A stretch of 63,824 bases of DNA, counting the filler, from Octopus bimaculoides (lineage: Eukaryota), in NCBI RefSeq assembly GCF_001194135.2. It is 7 parts of 6 records of this genome, joined end to end, with 100 filler letters (N's around TTAATTAATTAA, not from the genome) between each part and the next. Parts side by side here need not be neighbours in the genome. Positions count along the whole stretch, not along the records: positions 35,189 to 44,798 come from NC_068984.1; positions 44,899 to 50,669 come from NC_069000.1; positions 50,770 to 57,975 come from NC_068982.1; 4 more parts are not named here. One strand, given 5' to 3'. This document shows positions 36,347 through 50,844 of this stretch, one piece after another (the stretch's first letter is position 1; each line of letters begins with the position of its first letter). A program made the translations under genes and the position numbers. The notes under the pieces are model-generated. The model was not told the origin of the DNA. It made no database searches and was given only the letters and a program-made list of their open reading frames with translations.

Positions 36347-37246
36347 NNNNNNNNNNNNNNNNNNNNNNNNNNNNNNNNNNNNNNNNNNNNNNNNNNNNNN
36401 NNNNNNNNNNNNNNNNNNNNNNNNNNNNNNNNNNNNNNNNNNNNNNNNNNNNNNNNNNNNNNNNNNNNNNNNNNNNNNNNNNNNNNNNNNNNNNNNNNNN
36501 NNNNNNNNNNNNNNNNNNNNNNNNNNNNNNNNNNNNNNNNNNNNNNNNNNNNNNNNNNNNNNNNNNNNNNNNNNNNNNNNNNNNNNNNNNNNNNNNNNNN
36601 NNNNNNNNNNNNNNNNNNNNNNNNNNNNNNNNNNNNNNNNNNNNNNNNNNNNNNNNNNNNNNNNNNNNNNNNNNNNNNNNNNNNNNNNNNNNNNNNNNNN
36701 NNNNNNNNNNNNNNNNNNNNNNNNNNNNNNNNNNNNNNNNNNNNNNNNNNNNNNNNNNNNNNNNNNNNNNNNNNNNNNNNNNNNNNNNNNNNNNNNNNNN
36801 NNNNNNNNNNNNNNNNNNNNNNNNNNNNNNNNNNNNNNNNNNNNNNNNNNNNNNNNNNNNNNNNNNNNNNNNNNNNNNNNNNNNNNNNNNNNNNNNNNNN
36901 NNNNNNNNNNNNNNNNNNNNNNNNNNNNNNNNNNNNNNNNNNNNNNNNNNNNNNNNNNNNNNNNNNNNNNNNNNNNNNNNNNNNNNNNNNNNNNNNNNNN
37001 NNNNNNNNNNNNNNNNNNNNNNNNNNNNNNNNNNNNNNNNNNNNNNNNNNNNNNNNNNNNNNNTATATACATATATATATATATATGTATATGATATTAT
37101 GATGGAAGAAAAAAATCTTATTTTGTATTATATAGTATAATACTTTTGCTGTGGTGATTTTAATATATTCTTTAGTTGTGTAAAACAAATCTTGTGAGTT
37201 TTTTCAGTTTTTTTTCATCTTTTCTCTTTCCTTGTATACATACATA

Positions 37247-37300
<54 letters not shown>

Positions 37301-37658
37301 ACACACATATATATATATAAATATATACATACATGTGTATGAAAATATTAATATATACATATATGTCTGTGTATATTCATGTGTGTATGTCCATATGCAT
37401 GTATCAAATAATATAGTCTGATATAGACTATACATTGTAAGTCTCACTTTCATGACTAATTGAAATATTAATCAAGTAATGGTCAAAGAATTATACCTTG
37501 ACTGTAAAATTTGGTAAATGCTGCAACTACCTATTACACAAACTTAAACAATCATATTGACATAACCGGCACACACAAACACATATATACGAACATAAGC
37601 ATACACATAGAGAAGAAAAAGTCCGAATACGTACATACACATATGTAAATCTGTATTT

Positions 37659-37695
<37 letters not shown>

Positions 37696-38071
37696 GTCTT
37701 TATGCAAACGCGCGCACACACACACACATACATACACACACAGACACACGCACACATTGTCTGGTTATTCACCTGGTATAGAATTGTTATTAGTACTTGT
37801 TATTCGGATTAAGATGTCGATGAATGAAACGCTTTATTAAGAAATGTCGGATGTGTGTTGTTTATCTATGAAATTCTTGGAAATATATATATATATGTGT
37901 GTGTGTCTGTGTGNNNNNNNNNNNNNNNNNNNNNNNNNNNNNNNNNNNNNNNNNNNNNNNNNNNNNNNNNNNNNNNNNNNNNNNNNNNNNNNNNNNNNNN
38001 NNNNNNNNNNNNNNNNNNNNNNNNNNNNNNNNNNNNNNNNNNNNNNNNNNNNNNNNNNNNNNNNNNNNNNN

Positions 38072-38108
<37 letters not shown>

Positions 38109-38539
38109 TATACATATATGTTATGCTTGCGTGTGTATACATATATAAACTGTAATCTTTCAGATTAACTTAAAATTGTTTTTACTATAACTCAACAATA
38201 TATATATATATGTGTGTGTGTCTGTGTGCGTGTATGTGTGAATATGTGTGTGTGTGTATACATATACATGCATATATATATATGTATATATATATATATA
38301 TGTATATGTGTGTGTGTATGTGTGTGTGTGTGTGTGTATGTTTGTGAGTACATGTACATATAGACATGGGTATATACTTGCATGTACACATAACACATAA
38401 ACCTGCAATGATATACACATATTTACCTATCTACTTATTTATTTATATATTATATATACATACACACTCCCACACACACAAACACACACATTCATACATA
38501 CATGCATTCAACCGTACATCGACGTGGACCCTTAATAAG

Positions 38540-39290
38540 GAGTTTGCAAATCCAGTCCCCTAAATACATTTTCAGCTTCATATCTATTATTATTGAAGCA
38601 ACAGGACACATACCAACCCGTCCAGAGCAAAATATGGCTGAACTTGGGATGTTAGGATCTTGGGATCTTGGGGAGGGAATGCAAATCCTTAATTGATGCG
38701 CTACAAATGATCAGGATATCTGAGACTATGAAAATCTGCAAGAACTTCTTAAGATTTAAAGGATGATGGTTAAAACAAGATGCTTTCCTTCACAACCTTG
38801 CTACCAATATAGCTGACCGGACAAAATTTATTCTAAATTAAAAAGAGAAAGAGAAGAACATACATATATACTTACATACAGACGGACAGACGGACAGACG
38901 GACAGAGAAATAGCTGACAGACAGGACAGACAAGCAGACAGACCGACGAGAAAATGTATGTAAATAAAAGACATAGAGGTCAGCTGTCCTGTTGATGTAT
39001 ATATCTCATTGACAATCAAAGAGAAAGAAGTTAACTCTGGACAACTGCTTCGAAACTTCCAGTTTTTATATTCAGATTTTAAATTCACATTTTGTACCGC
39101 TAATAGTTGGTGCTCTTGGTTCTGTGAGTGAATATCCAAACGACAATCTGGATAAGATAGTGTTGTTAGAAAAAGAAATCAACCAACAAACTCGCACCAT
39201 TACGAATACAATCTGTAAGCGGAACAGTAAAATTATGCAAAACTTTTCTGAGTGTAAAAATATGTCATTGTTTTCGTTATCTACATTGCA
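38540..39290 (+). mobile_element. Two tandem 3' fragments of an R4/Dong-like element (restriction-like endonuclease domain)
   Basis: IIIEATGHIP...MKICKNFL (38540-38760) and IEVSCPVD...PLIVGALGSV...SGTVKLCKTFL (38960-39290) resemble the RLE C-terminus. Confidence 0.7.
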
Positions 39291-39697
39291 ACGATGAAGC
39301 TTCTTTTATCTTTGTTAGAACCCAGTTCCTTCCTCAGTGGAAGAATTTAAATAATCAAAACCAAAAGAGAACCAAACATACACATATACATACATACACA
39401 CATACATAAATACATACATACATGCATACATACGTGCGTACGTACGTAGGGGTGTGCATGTGTGGATGTCTATAATAACGAAGGCATGCCATCAGACCTA
39501 GTCACCCCTGATAGCTGCTCTATTTAATCAGCTTAGCAAATTGATTGCTGAAACAGCGTTTGTTGACGACTCGACTCATTCAACATTTGTCAACACAGAC
39601 GTCTGCCGATTTACCTCGTTCTTTAAAAAATTATCTCACATCTCTCTGTTTACATCTATACATCCATCATGTATTTACCATTGTTGATTCGTTTTTA

Positions 39698-39729
<32 letters not shown>

Positions 39730-39997
39730 CACATACACATACACACACACACATATACACTTACTGTCTGTGTCTGTCTATCAGTCTGTCTCTATCTTTG
39801 TATTAATAAGTCCATCTTTACTCACGCACAACCATATATGTGTTATTGTGTATACTTATATATTTATATACATATACATGAATGCGTGTATGTGTTTATA
39901 TACATATTCCACCTTTTGTGCCCATATATATATACATATATATATATACATACATATATATAAAGATATATATATGTATATACACACATATCTTTTA

Positions 39998-40028
<31 letters not shown>

Positions 40029-40052
<24 letters not shown>

Positions 40053-40157
40053 TACTTGTTCCACTTATTAGACTGCGCCCATGCTGTAGCACCGCCTAGA
40101 AGTGTTTAGTGAAACAAATCGAGCTCTGTCCATTTGTGTNNNNNNNNNNATCTTTTA

Positions 40158-40212
<55 letters not shown>

Positions 40213-40620
40213 TACTTGTTCCACTTATTAGACTGCGCCCATGCTGTAGCACCGCCTAGAAGTGTTTAGTGAAACAAATCGAGCTCTGTCCATTTGTGTT
40301 TTCCAAGTTTATTCTATCAGTTTCTGTTTACCGAACCGCTACGGAACATTTAGAAACAAGCACCGGTTGCCAGGCGGTAGTGAGAAACAAACACCAACAC
40401 ACACACACACACACACACACATACACACACACACACACAGACGCACACACACACACACACATGCACACACGCATACACACATACACACATACACGTCGGG
40501 CTTCCTTCGGTTTCCGAATACCAAATCCGTTTAGAAAGCATTGGTTGGGCCGGGGTCATATTGGAAGACACTCGCCCAAAGTGACACGCAGTGTAATTGA
40601 ACCCGGAGCCATGGTTTCGA
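40029..40620 (-). mobile_element. SINE family A with expanded (CA)n
   Basis: Aligns with 2326-2720; the duplicated 3' part around the 10-N gap is an artefact. Confidence 0.85.
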
Positions 40621-40831
40621 AAATATAAAGTTGAAATTGTCACTGAACTTTACTCTGGGTTTCATGTGTTCGATCTTCAGGCTAAGACACAATCGTCCGA
40701 CCATAAGAAACCAGAAACTTCGAGAAAGGATAAAGGACAGCAGCCGAGATACGTTTCAGATCGAGTACTTACGTATTCTCCCATTTTTCGCTTGCACAGT
40801 TACGGTAAATATATATGGAAACTGTGAGGAA

Positions 40832-41095
40832 GCCCGATGTGTACATATTCATACATATATGTGTGTGCATGTGTGTGTTTGTGTCTATGTTTGTACGCTA
40901 CCACTGCTTGACAGTCGGTGCTGGTTTGTTTACGTCCCTGTAACTGAAACGTTCGTCACAATGGACCGATGGGACAAGTACCAGGCTTTTAAAATGCAAA
41001 GAAAGTACTGGGAACAACGATTCCGACTAAAAAAACCTTCCAATGTGATGCCCCAGCATGACCGCAGTAGAATTACTGAAACAAGTAAAAAAAAA
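40832..41095 (+). mobile_element. SINE family A, 3' portion
   Basis: gtttacgtccctgtaact...caagtacc...ccccagcatgaccgcagtag..tgactgaaacaagtaaaa-like sequence. Confidence 0.8.
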
Positions 41096-41395
41096 GACAC
41101 ATCTATACACCCGTAAATACATACAGACACAGACACAGACACACACACATACAGATACACATACACACATACATAGCGTGTATACATACATTCATACATG
41201 TATACATACAGACATATAGTCTTATACATCCATACATCATCACGTACACAAACACACACACGTATACATGTATGCCTATATATATACACACACATATATA
41301 TAGATATATATACATACATATATATATATATATATATAGGCATACATGTATGCGTGTGTGTTTGTGTACATACATACATACATATACATATATAC

Positions 41396-41428
<33 letters not shown>

Positions 41429-42027
41429 GGCATACATGTATGCGTGTGTGTTTGTGTACATACATACATACATATACATATATANNNNNNNNNNNNNNNN
41501 NNNNNNNNNNNNNNNNNNNNNNNNNNNNNNNNNNNNNNNNNNNNNNNNNNNNNNNNNNNNNNNNNNNNNNNNNNNNNNNNNNNNNNNNNNNNNNNNNNNN
41601 NNNNNNNNNNNNNNNNNNNNNNNNNNNNNNNNNNNNNNNNNNNNNNNNNNNNNNNNNNNNNNNNNNNNNNNNNNNNNNNNNNNNNNNNNNNNNNNNNNNN
41701 NNNNNNNNNNNNNNNNNNNNNNNNNNNNNNNNNNNNNNNNNNNNNNNNNNNNNNNNNNNNNNNNNNNNNNNNNNNNNNNNNNNNNNNNNNNNNNNNNNNN
41801 NNNNNNNNNNNNNNNNNNNNNNNNNNNNNNNNNNNNNNNNNNNNNNNNNNNNNNNNNNNNNNNNNNNNNNNNNNNNNNNNNNNNNNNNNNNNNNNNNNNN
41901 NNNNNNNNNNNNNNNNNNNNNNNNNNNNNNNNNNNNNNNNNNNNNNNNNNNNTATATATGCACATATATACATACATACATGCAGAGAGAGAAAGAAAAA
42001 ATAACAAACATTCATAAACACACACGA

Positions 42028-42365
42028 AAACTGGCTCTCCGTCGGTTACGACGACGAGGGCTCCAATTGATCCGATCAACGGAAGAGCCTGCTCGTGAAA
42101 TTAACGTGCGAGTGGCTGAGCACTCCACAGTCACACGTACCCTTAATGTAGGCCTCAGTGAGATTCAGCGTGTCATATAATGTGACAAGGTTGGTCCGTT
42201 CGAATCACAGGTACAACACATTTATTTATTTATTTTTGCCAGCTGAGTGAACTGGAGCAACGTGAAATTAAAGTGTCTTACACAAGGAGATTACGAGCCG
42301 CCGAGAATCGAACTCAGAAACCTACGATCGAGAGCCCAATACTCTAACCATTGAGCCACGCGCCT
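42028..42365 (-). mobile_element. SINE family D, little diverged
   Basis: Reverse complement begins aggcgcgtggctcaatggttagagtattgggctctcgatcgtaggtttctgagttcgattctc (tRNA-like A and B boxes); body aligns with 11630-11945. Confidence 0.88.
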
Positions 42366-43299
42366 TTACTCATATACATACATACATACATACATACGTA
42401 CATACATACGTACATACGTACATACATACATACGTACATACATACATACATGCAGCATACATGCGTATACATACGTAAGTGTGTGTACATGTAATGTTTA
42501 ACTTTTTAAGATCTCCATTCCATCGTCGTTGTGGTAGCAATTGTTTTTTACGGACATTTGTGCTAGTGTTTTTGTATTACGATACCTGCCAGCATTCCAC
42601 AATAAAATACAAATATATACATGAATATAACACATAGAATTATATAACATATATAATATATATACACATATATACACACACACATTTATATAAATACATA
42701 CCTCTTTTTAACTGTCTTGTTTATGTTAAAGTAATCTTTTTTTTTTTTTGTTGAATGAAATTGTCCAGCGAGTTTCTTGGGTGTATATATAAGTTTATCT
42801 TCTTTTATATATCCACATTGTATCTGATGTCAAATATATATACATACATACATAGTAATATACATGCCGGTTTGAAATTTTTCAGTTTAAAACAGAGAAT
42901 TATTCCTTCCTCGAAGCAAACAGCAAGTATATAAATATATACACATATATATACATATATATTTACTTATATAGGTATAGAAATGTATATATATTAAGTT
43001 TTGCTCGTGTGTTGGTCTTGGTTTATGAAGTAGAGTAGAAATTCGTTAAATATAAAGAAGGAAAAATGGTAAAAAAAAACCCCGAAAAAGCGAATGAAGA
43101 ATTTGTTGTGAGTTGGCGTGTTGGTGGTTTTGGGACAGTTGTCAGGTCTTGTAATAATTATTACCATTCAATATTGACGGATGGTGGTAGAACTGGATGG
43201 AAGGAAGGGAACAGCATTTGTATGATCCGGGGCCCTCTGTAACTGTGCACCGGTTGAAGATAGCGAAGAAAGTGAAAATACGTCAACTGACTGCCTGAT

Positions 43300-44798
43300 T
43301 GCCTGCATGGTTGGCTGGCTGGCTGGCAGGCCGGCTAGCTGGCTGGTGGGTGGCTCTGCTAGTTGGTTGGCGAGTCGGCTGGTTCTGTAGCTGGCTGGCT
43401 GGCTGGCTGGTTGGTTGGTTGATTGACCACCGCAAGGAGAGAGAGGGGGAGATGTGTGTATATATGTATATATACGTGTATTGTATGCGTGTATGTGTAT
43501 GTGTGTAACTGTAAATATGTCTGTTACTCTGTCTTGTGTGTTTGCATGTATGTGGTTCAGTGTGTGTGTGTACTCATGCGTGTGTGTACGTCAGTTTTTG
43601 CGTGGTTTCAGTTTGGTTCTCTATGTGTGTGACTGTGCATGCGTACATGTGTCTATATGTGTCTGTATTTATATGTGAGTATGTGTGTGTATGTATGTGT
43701 TTCGCCACATTTATGTGTGTATATGTTTGAGTATCGATGAGCTTGTTTAATGCATGTGTGTACGTGCGTGTGTGCTGTGTTTGTGTCTGTATGTGAGTTT
43801 CTGCAAATGTCTGTGTGTGTGTGTTGTGTATGGTAGTCTATTGAAATAGGAGGCGGAAGAGTAGGGGAAGGAGAAGACTAGAGAGAGAGAGGGAAAGGGA
43901 GAGAAAGAGAAAGAAAGTAAAAGAGAAGTGGAAGGAGAAAAGTTGAGTAGGAGAAGAGTGAGAGTGGGAGAGAAAATCAGACTGAAGTGGGGAAAGAGAG
44001 AGGAAGGGGGAAGAGTTGGAGATAGAAAGAGAAAGAGAGAGAGAGAGAGAGAGAGATGAAGAGAAATCAGAAAGGTTACCGCGGATGAGGGGGGTGGAGA
44101 AGAAAAAGACTCAGAGAAAAATAGAGAGAGAGGAAGGGAGGAAATCAAAGTTAAAAAGAGATGCAGAAAGATAACAAGAGAGAGAGGGGGGAAGGGGAGG
44201 AGAGGGAGAAACTGTAAAGGGAGAGTAAGATTTGGTAGAGAGAGAGAGAAAGGGACGTAAGGGTGTTGTATGTCTATGTATGTTACTATCTGTATATGTG
44301 TGTGTGTTGGTGTATGTGTGTGTGTGTAAGAGAATTATAGACAAAATCTTAAGTGTCACAAGCAGACGACCAGCAGCAGCATCAACAACAGCAGCGGTAG
44401 CAGCAGCAGCAGTAGCAGCAGCAGCAGACCGGGCAGTAAAAGACGGAGGAGAAAGAAGAGAGATCTTACCTTCCCCCCACCACCCGAACACTCACGGTGG
44501 CAACGACGACCTTCTCCGCCACCATCATCACTATTACTATCACAGCCCCCTTCCTCTCATTCTCTCTTTCTCTTTTTCTTTTTCTTTCTCTTTTTCTTTC
44601 ACTCTTCCACCCTTTTTCCTCCCCTTTACTCCTCCCTCCTTCTCTCTCGCTTTTGTTTCTCCTCCTCCTCTTCCGCCTGCCGTTTGTTTATATTTCCATT
44701 TTATTGCTAAATTATTGTTTCTTCCAAATGTTACTAACACCGACACCACCGCCACCACCACAACCACCACCACCACCACGACCACCACCACAACTACT
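43300..44798. repeat. Low-complexity block: (GCTG)n, (GT)n, polypurine (GA)n, (CAG)n, polypyrimidine (TC)n, (CAC)n
   Basis: Direct reading. Confidence 0.9.
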
Positions 44799-45239
44799 NN
44801 NNNNNNNNNNNNNNNNNNNNNNNNNNNNNNNNNNNNNNNNNNTTAATTAATTAANNNNNNNNNNNNNNNNNNNNNNNNNNNNNNNNNNNNNNNNNNNNTA
44901 TATATATAGACACCCACACGTGCGTTTGTGTGTGTATTTCATTGTATTTTTTTTTACCCCAATCACCTCTTGACAACAGGTTTTGAACTGGTTTGGAAAA
45001 AGAGGCCGACAGAATAAGTACGAAACTTAAAAGAATATCAGTTCCGGGCTCGTTCTGTTCGTGTAAAACTCTTCAAGGTGGTGCCCGAGTATGGTCCCAC
45101 TCCATTGACTGAAACAAATAAAAGATGTATGTGTATGCACTGAATGACCCAAGGATTGAACTCATAGCCCACCCAATACAATTTTACAAATAGCACTTAA
45201 TCTATGACTATATAAATGTGACCGGAAATTAGAAACTCT

Positions 45240-45790
45240 AAAGGTAGTGGGTGTAATGTTTCTTTGTTAGTCAAGTAAAGGTTTGCGTATAGTGTTCCTC
45301 GCTTATGCTAAACTTGCGAAGGAGGTTCTAAAAGCACAGCATATGTTAGTTATATTCTAGTGTTGTTCCCTTTCTACTGTCTTAACTTTTGCCACAAAGG
45401 TTGTGAGTACCATTTTACCTCCACAAATGATCAGCCATATCTGATAATCATTCTCCCCGCGGACAACGGCTTAACGATATTCTCCAGCCTTATTTTATAA
45501 GGCGACAGTTGATCTCACCTTTATATTCACTGCCAAAATATATGGGATGGAATACACACGGTTCTTTGCTATGACCTCGTCGAATGGAGGATTTGTGCGG
45601 GGGAATCGTCTCCGAAAGGCAGATCTGTTTTGAACACTGTCCTGATGCTTTACGAATTGCAAATTTGCAGTTCTTCTGAATTTATTTTCTTCGTGCCTTT
45701 AATGTAAGGTAGACAAAGCGAGGCAGATTTTTTTTTTCACTAACATTTTCTACTGTTATATTTTTACTCTTAGCAGTCGATGCTAGTCTT
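45240..45790 (-). mobile_element. Penelope-like element GIY-YIG endonuclease remnant
   Basis: Frameshifted VYSIP..GSEYKGEINCRL..IRLEEYR*AVVRGE..SDMADH, matching the VY.IPC.CG..YIGET.R.L..R..EH pattern. Confidence 0.75.
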
Positions 45791-45939
45791 GCAGCTGAAG
45801 GATCTTTCTAATCTTGATCATCTTTGTTGATATGTGTTGCGGTTCCTTCCACTCAAAACCAAAAGCGTTATGACTATAACAACCAAGATGGAGACACTAG
45901 CCCGAATAAATCAGTGTATAATAAAGACAATTCCTCATC

Positions 45940-45973
<34 letters not shown>

Positions 45974-45975
<2 letters not shown>

Positions 45976-46175
45976 AAGGGTGGTCAGCACCGAACAAAAT
46001 GTTTAGCGGCATTTCTTCCGGCTCCTTACGTTCCGAGTTCAAATGCCGCTGGTGTCGACTTTGTCTTTCATACTTTCGGGGTCAATAAAACAAAATACCT
46101 GTCAAATATTGGTGTCGATGCAATCGATTTACACAATGCCCTGAAATAGTTGGCCTTGTGCCAAAGTTGGAAACA

Positions 46176-46261
<86 letters not shown>

Positions 46262-46300
46262 GTATTGTTGTTATTATTATCATTATTATTGTTATTGTTA

Positions 46301-46353
<53 letters not shown>

Positions 46354-46755
46354 ATTATTAAAGACGTCGCAGTATCCAATATTGCGATCTTGTAGACAGA
46401 CGATATTGTGTGCACCGGGGATTTGTGTTGTTTGTCAAGTCACTTCAAGGACCTCAGACAGACAGACAGACAGCGTTATTTATTTATCAAAGCTGGAGGT
46501 GGACTGGCAAATCCTGTAGAACATCGGATAAAACACCTTCTGGTATTTAGCTGCATCTCTTTATATTTTGAAGGCAATCCTGTCATGGTCAAATTTACCT
46601 TTCATCCTTGGAGGTGGGGAAATAAAATACAGTATCAGTGAAGAAGAGATCAGTTTATTCGGCTCAACCTCTTCCTTGAAATTTCAGGCGTTGTGCCTTT
46701 GCTAGAAACAAATATCATTGTTAACTAATTAATAAACGAGTAAATAAAAATTGAA

Positions 46756-46832
<77 letters not shown>

Positions 46833-47068
46833 CATCATCATCATTATTATTAAGGCGGCGAGCTGGCAGAATCGTTAGCACGTAGGACGAAATGCTTAGC
46901 GGTATTTCGCCCATCGCTATGTTCTGAGTTCAAACTCTGCCGAGGTCGACTTTGCCTTTCATCCTTCCGGTGTCGATAAAATAAGCACCTGTGAAACACT
47001 TGGGTCGATTTAATCGCTTTACACCCTCCCCCAAAAGAATATCAAGCCTTGTACCTTTAGTAGAAAAG

Positions 47069-47125
<57 letters not shown>

Positions 47126-47461
47126 TCAAGGCGGTAAGCTGNNNNNNNNNNNNNNNNNNNNNNNNNNNNNNNNNNNNNNNNNNNNNNNNNNNNNNNNNNN
47201 NNNNNNNNNNNNNNNNNNNNNNNNNNNNNNNNNNNNNNNNNNNNNNNNNNNNNNNNNNNNNNNNNNNNNNNNNNNNNNNNNNNNNNNNNNNNNNNNNNNN
47301 NNNGTTCGAACGCACATTCTGAGTTCAAATTCCACCGAGGTCGACTTTGCCTTTCACCCTTTCAGGGGTCGATAAATTAAGTATCAGTTGCGTACTCGGA
47401 TCGATCTATTTGATTGACCCTCTCCCCCAAAATTTCAGGCCTTGTGCCTATAGTAGAAAGG

Positions 47462-47526
<65 letters not shown>

Positions 47527-48740
47527 CATCATTATTATTATTAAGATGGTGAGTCTGCAGAATCGTTAGCACGCCAAGCAAAATGTTTACCAGTATTTCG
47601 TCTCTCTTTACGTTCTGCGATCAAATGCTGCTGAGGTTGACTTTGTCTTTCATACTTTCGGGGCCGATACAATAACTATCAGATGAGTACTAGGGTCGAT
47701 GTAATCGACTTACCCATCTCCTCCCAAATTTCAAGCCTTCTTCCAATAGTAGAAAGAATAATCATTATCATTATTATTTTTATGGCAGAATCATTAGCGC
47801 GTCGGACAAAGTGTTTAGCAGCATTTTCTTCTGGCATTTAACTTGTTGACTTCAGTTCAACTTTGTCTTTCATCCTTTTGGAATCGATGAAATAAGTACC
47901 AATCAAATACTGTGGTCGATATAATCGACTAGCTACCTCTCCTAACAAATTCAGGCCTTGATCTATAATAGAAAGTACTATAAAATAACTTAGCAGTTTG
48001 ACAAAATTGGTTGAACATCGGAAAAGGAGGGTTTGTTGTAAGTAGTTTCTGTTCTTCGTGTTTTAACTTCAACTCCTGTGGAGGTCGACGTTACTTTTAA
48101 TCGTTCAGGGACCGGTGAAATAAATACCTGTTCAACCCAGAGATCGATCACTTCTAGTATATACACACACACCCTATCCATAATATAACCTCTGGGCCAA
48201 CGTTAGAAATCATGTTCATTACTGTTGCATAGCCAAGATTGCGGAGTGCCGGAATCGTATGAGCATCGGAAAAAATGCCTTGCGTTATTTGTTCCGGTTC
48301 TTTACATTTCTTTACCTTTCATGATTTTAGACTTTATAAAAGAAAGTACCAGCCACAGAAATACTGGGATCGACGACATCGTCAAACTCTCTTTTCAAAA
48401 CTGGTGACCTTGTGCCTAAATCAGAAACAGTTATTATAAGATCCTGTATTAGATTGATAAAAGAATATACCAGTCAAATGTTTGGATCAATTTACATGAT
48501 TAAACCCTTCCGTCAAAATTGCTGGTCTTATGTCTAAATTAGAAACATCAGAACTATTACAGCAGCATTTGATTTGGTTGTTTAAGTTCTGAATTCAAAC
48601 CCTACTGAGGTTAACTTTGCCTTTTATCCTACCGGAGTCAATAAAATAACTAAAATGAATTCCTAGTCATCTACTGTAGCCTTTACACGCCAATGCTCGA
48701 TGCACCACCCAAATTTCTGGTCGTGTGATATGTTACAATT
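45974..48740 (+). mobile_element. Head-to-tail cluster of about 10 family-B SINE copies separated by (ATT)n
   Basis: Copies start near 45974, 46490, 46851, 47128, 47542, 47783, 48000, 48240, 48435 (3' half) and 48555, all on the + strand. Confidence 0.85.
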
Positions 48741-49366
48741 TAAAATTATAAAAGAAAACATTATACGTGATTTCATTTTTCATGGTTTTGTGAATAATTG
48801 TACTAAAAAAAAAAAATAACGACTAAAAGAAAGAAAGGATGAAAGAAAATATACAAATGGGCTCAAAGATGTAAAAAATATTTCCCGAAAAAAATAAATG
48901 TATTACATAATTATTTTTCTTGAATTTCTTGAATACCAAAGGGTGTACAACAAAACCTTCTCGTTTTTATATTTAAAAGAAATGTAAAATGAGAAAAGAT
49001 GGATGTCTAAGTCTAAAATGGTTCTACAAAATACTCAGACCGTATAAGTTTGGTTTTGTGATTTTTCAGATGCCTTTTGGAATCTAGCTGAAATTGTAGT
49101 AAATTCCAGTGTACAAATATACACTCACAGAAACACACATATGACTATGTATGTATGTATGTATGTATGTATGTATGTATGTATGTATGCATGTATGTAT
49201 GTCTGTATATATATGTATGTGTGTATATATATATATGCATATGTATGTATGTGTGTATATATATATATGTGTGTGTGTGTGTGTGAGAGTGTGTGCGTGC
49301 GTGGTGTAGTATTTGAATAAATTAGCATATTGAAATATACAACTTGATTAATTGTTCACAACCACC

Positions 49367-49381
49367 TGAACAATAGTATGC

Positions 49382-49440
<59 letters not shown>

Positions 49441-49574
49441 TATACATATATACACACACATATATATATATACATATACATATACATATATATAAACATA
49501 TAAATACATATATAAACATGTACATAAATATAGATACATATATACATATATATATGTATATAAATATATATGTA

Positions 49575-49641
<67 letters not shown>

Positions 49642-49712
49642 ATATATATATATATAGATATATATATATACAGATATGTATCTATATCTATATCTATATC
49701 CGTCTTTATATA
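49367..49712. repeat. Long (TA)n/(TACA)n/(TATAGA)n compound microsatellite
   Basis: Direct reading. Confidence 0.9.
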
Positions 49713-49790
49713 TAGACGTCTAAGAAAAAAAGATATACCCACATATTTAACTGAGTGAGTATATTAATCAAAGTATACAGTAATGTTGAT

Positions 49791-50009
49791 CAATTTCAGC
49801 CGATCTTACCTATTGGTTCAGCACTGAATATGAGATAACAGGATATTAGATTACCCCACGATTAGGTAACATCATGTGCTCTTCAGTGATGGCAGATACG
49901 GAAAAAATATGGTGTTAGTTCTGCCATCTCTGAAGAGAACGTGGTGTCACTTAACTGCGCCGTTATTTAATACCTATGCGGGACCGATGGGTAAGATCGG
50001 CTGAAATTG
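49791..50009. mobile_element. MITE with 27-bp TIRs and an internal 17-bp inverted repeat
   Basis: caatttcagccgatcttacc(t/c)at(t/c)ggt TIRs with 2 mismatches; inner tcttcagtgatggcaga / tctgccatctctgaaga (49880-49936). Confidence 0.8.
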
Positions 50010-50572
50010 TATAATAATAATATTGTATGCTTTCATTAATATAGCTTTACACACACACACATACATGTATGTCTATCTGTCTCTCTGTATGTATGTAAGT
50101 AAGTATGTATGTATGTATGTATGTATAAATTAAGCGTGAACAAATCCCTCGTACTGCATGATGTCTACTGTTGGTTTATTCACGCTTCAGTAACATAGAG
50201 ATTCAGCAAAAAACAAAGGACGTCCTTAGAGTAAGTACCAAACTTTATAAGTACAAATAAGAACTCTGATCGATTTGAAGAGTGAAACACTCCAAGTTGG
50301 TTCCCCATAACCTTGCTTTCAATGACTGGAGCAACTAAAATCATACATAGTTATGACGTGCTAACGTATTCATATGCATTTGTGTATAATGTTCATTTTT
50401 TAAAATCTATGAGTGTTTGTGCGGCTGGGTGTATATTGTGTTCGCCGATATTTTATACATATTGAATTTATTCCTTTTATTCGATGTAACTATATTTCGG
50501 AATATTGCATAAATATCTGTTATTCTTTGCCGTCGCATAATGGTTTTGGCGCTGAGCTACTGTATGTATAAC

Positions 50573-50669
<97 letters not shown>

Positions 50670-50769
50670 NNNNNNNNNNNNNNNNNNNNNNNNNNNNNNN
50701 NNNNNNNNNNNNNTTAATTAATTAANNNNNNNNNNNNNNNNNNNNNNNNNNNNNNNNNNNNNNNNNNNN

Positions 50770-50802
<33 letters not shown>

Positions 50803-50844
50803 ATATATATATATACATATACGTACATATATATGTTATATTAA

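Noticed and set aside
41270-41484. ~90-bp unit repeated twice, as a spacer-repeat or CRISPR-like array
   Set aside because: The unit is a composite of (TA)/(CA)/(TACA) microsatellites with no unique spacers, in a eukaryotic context.
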